Assembly: GCF_004010195.1 (NCBI RefSeq)
Contig: NC_057719.1
Location: forward strand, 73,328,365 to 73,392,364
Direction of reading: 5' to 3'
DNA from: Chiloscyllium plagiosum
Taxonomy: Eukaryota
DNA length: 64,000 nt
Below the pieces are notes generated by a model. That model worked only from the letters and a program-made list of their open reading frames with translations, was not told the origin of the DNA and did not search any database. Below are positions 63,740 to 64,000 of the stretch, piece by piece; position 1 is the stretch's first letter, and every line of letters starts with the position of its first letter. The position numbers and the translations under genes were made by a program.

Positions 63740-64000
63740 CAACTCTGCAAAGTCCTCCTTCCACATATCTCGGATCTTCTTCCAAATTTGAGAAAGCCGC
63801 TCCACAGAGTAGCCGAATGTTAGCCTGACATAGTTACATTCACAGAGTCTTTCTCTGTAGGTAAAGGCACAGACACCACCATCACCATCCCTGAGGGTGT
63901 CCTGTCCTGTACTGACTGGACAGACCCACCAGAGGTGGAAGCACAGTGGTGTAGAGTCAGGAGGGAGTTTCTCTGTGGATTATTCAACATCAACTCAGAA
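63740..64000 (+). mobile_element. LINE endonuclease N-terminal fragment (CR1/L2 group)
   Basis: PDIVTFTES...TITIPEG...DRPTRGGSTVV pattern. Confidence 0.65.

Noticed and set aside
1..64000. CRISPR array or prokaryotic operon
   Set aside because: No regularly spaced repeats with unique spacers and no dense gene packing. All repeats are eukaryotic transposons or microsatellites.

Overview
Repeat-dense vertebrate DNA, almost certainly from a shark or other elasmobranch, judged by many HE1-type V-SINEs sharing a 3' tail with HER1/CR1 LINEs. I can support no host protein-coding exon, RNA gene or CRISPR array. One assembly gap lies at 18594-18702. The main feature is a decayed ~7 kb class I/epsilon-like endogenous retrovirus on the minus strand (54552-61518), with paired LTRs, a 5-bp TSD, a tRNA-Pro PBS, gag and pro-pol. 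It appears to carry a 2H-phosphoesterase domain (HCA...HVS) between protease and RT, and has a 93-codon hydrophobic, Cys-rich ORF where env should be. Other elements: a GalEa-like Ty1/Copia fossil (~6400-7850); an end-to-end but internally deleted L1 inside a Gypsy integrase fossil; a minus-strand CR1 interrupted by a deleted Gypsy element and by an inverted Penelope insertion; a plus-strand CR1 with an esterase ORF1; a DeuSINE; and at least three short repeat families carrying minimal hammerhead-ribozyme cores. Family assignments come from motif recognition by eye, not database searches.
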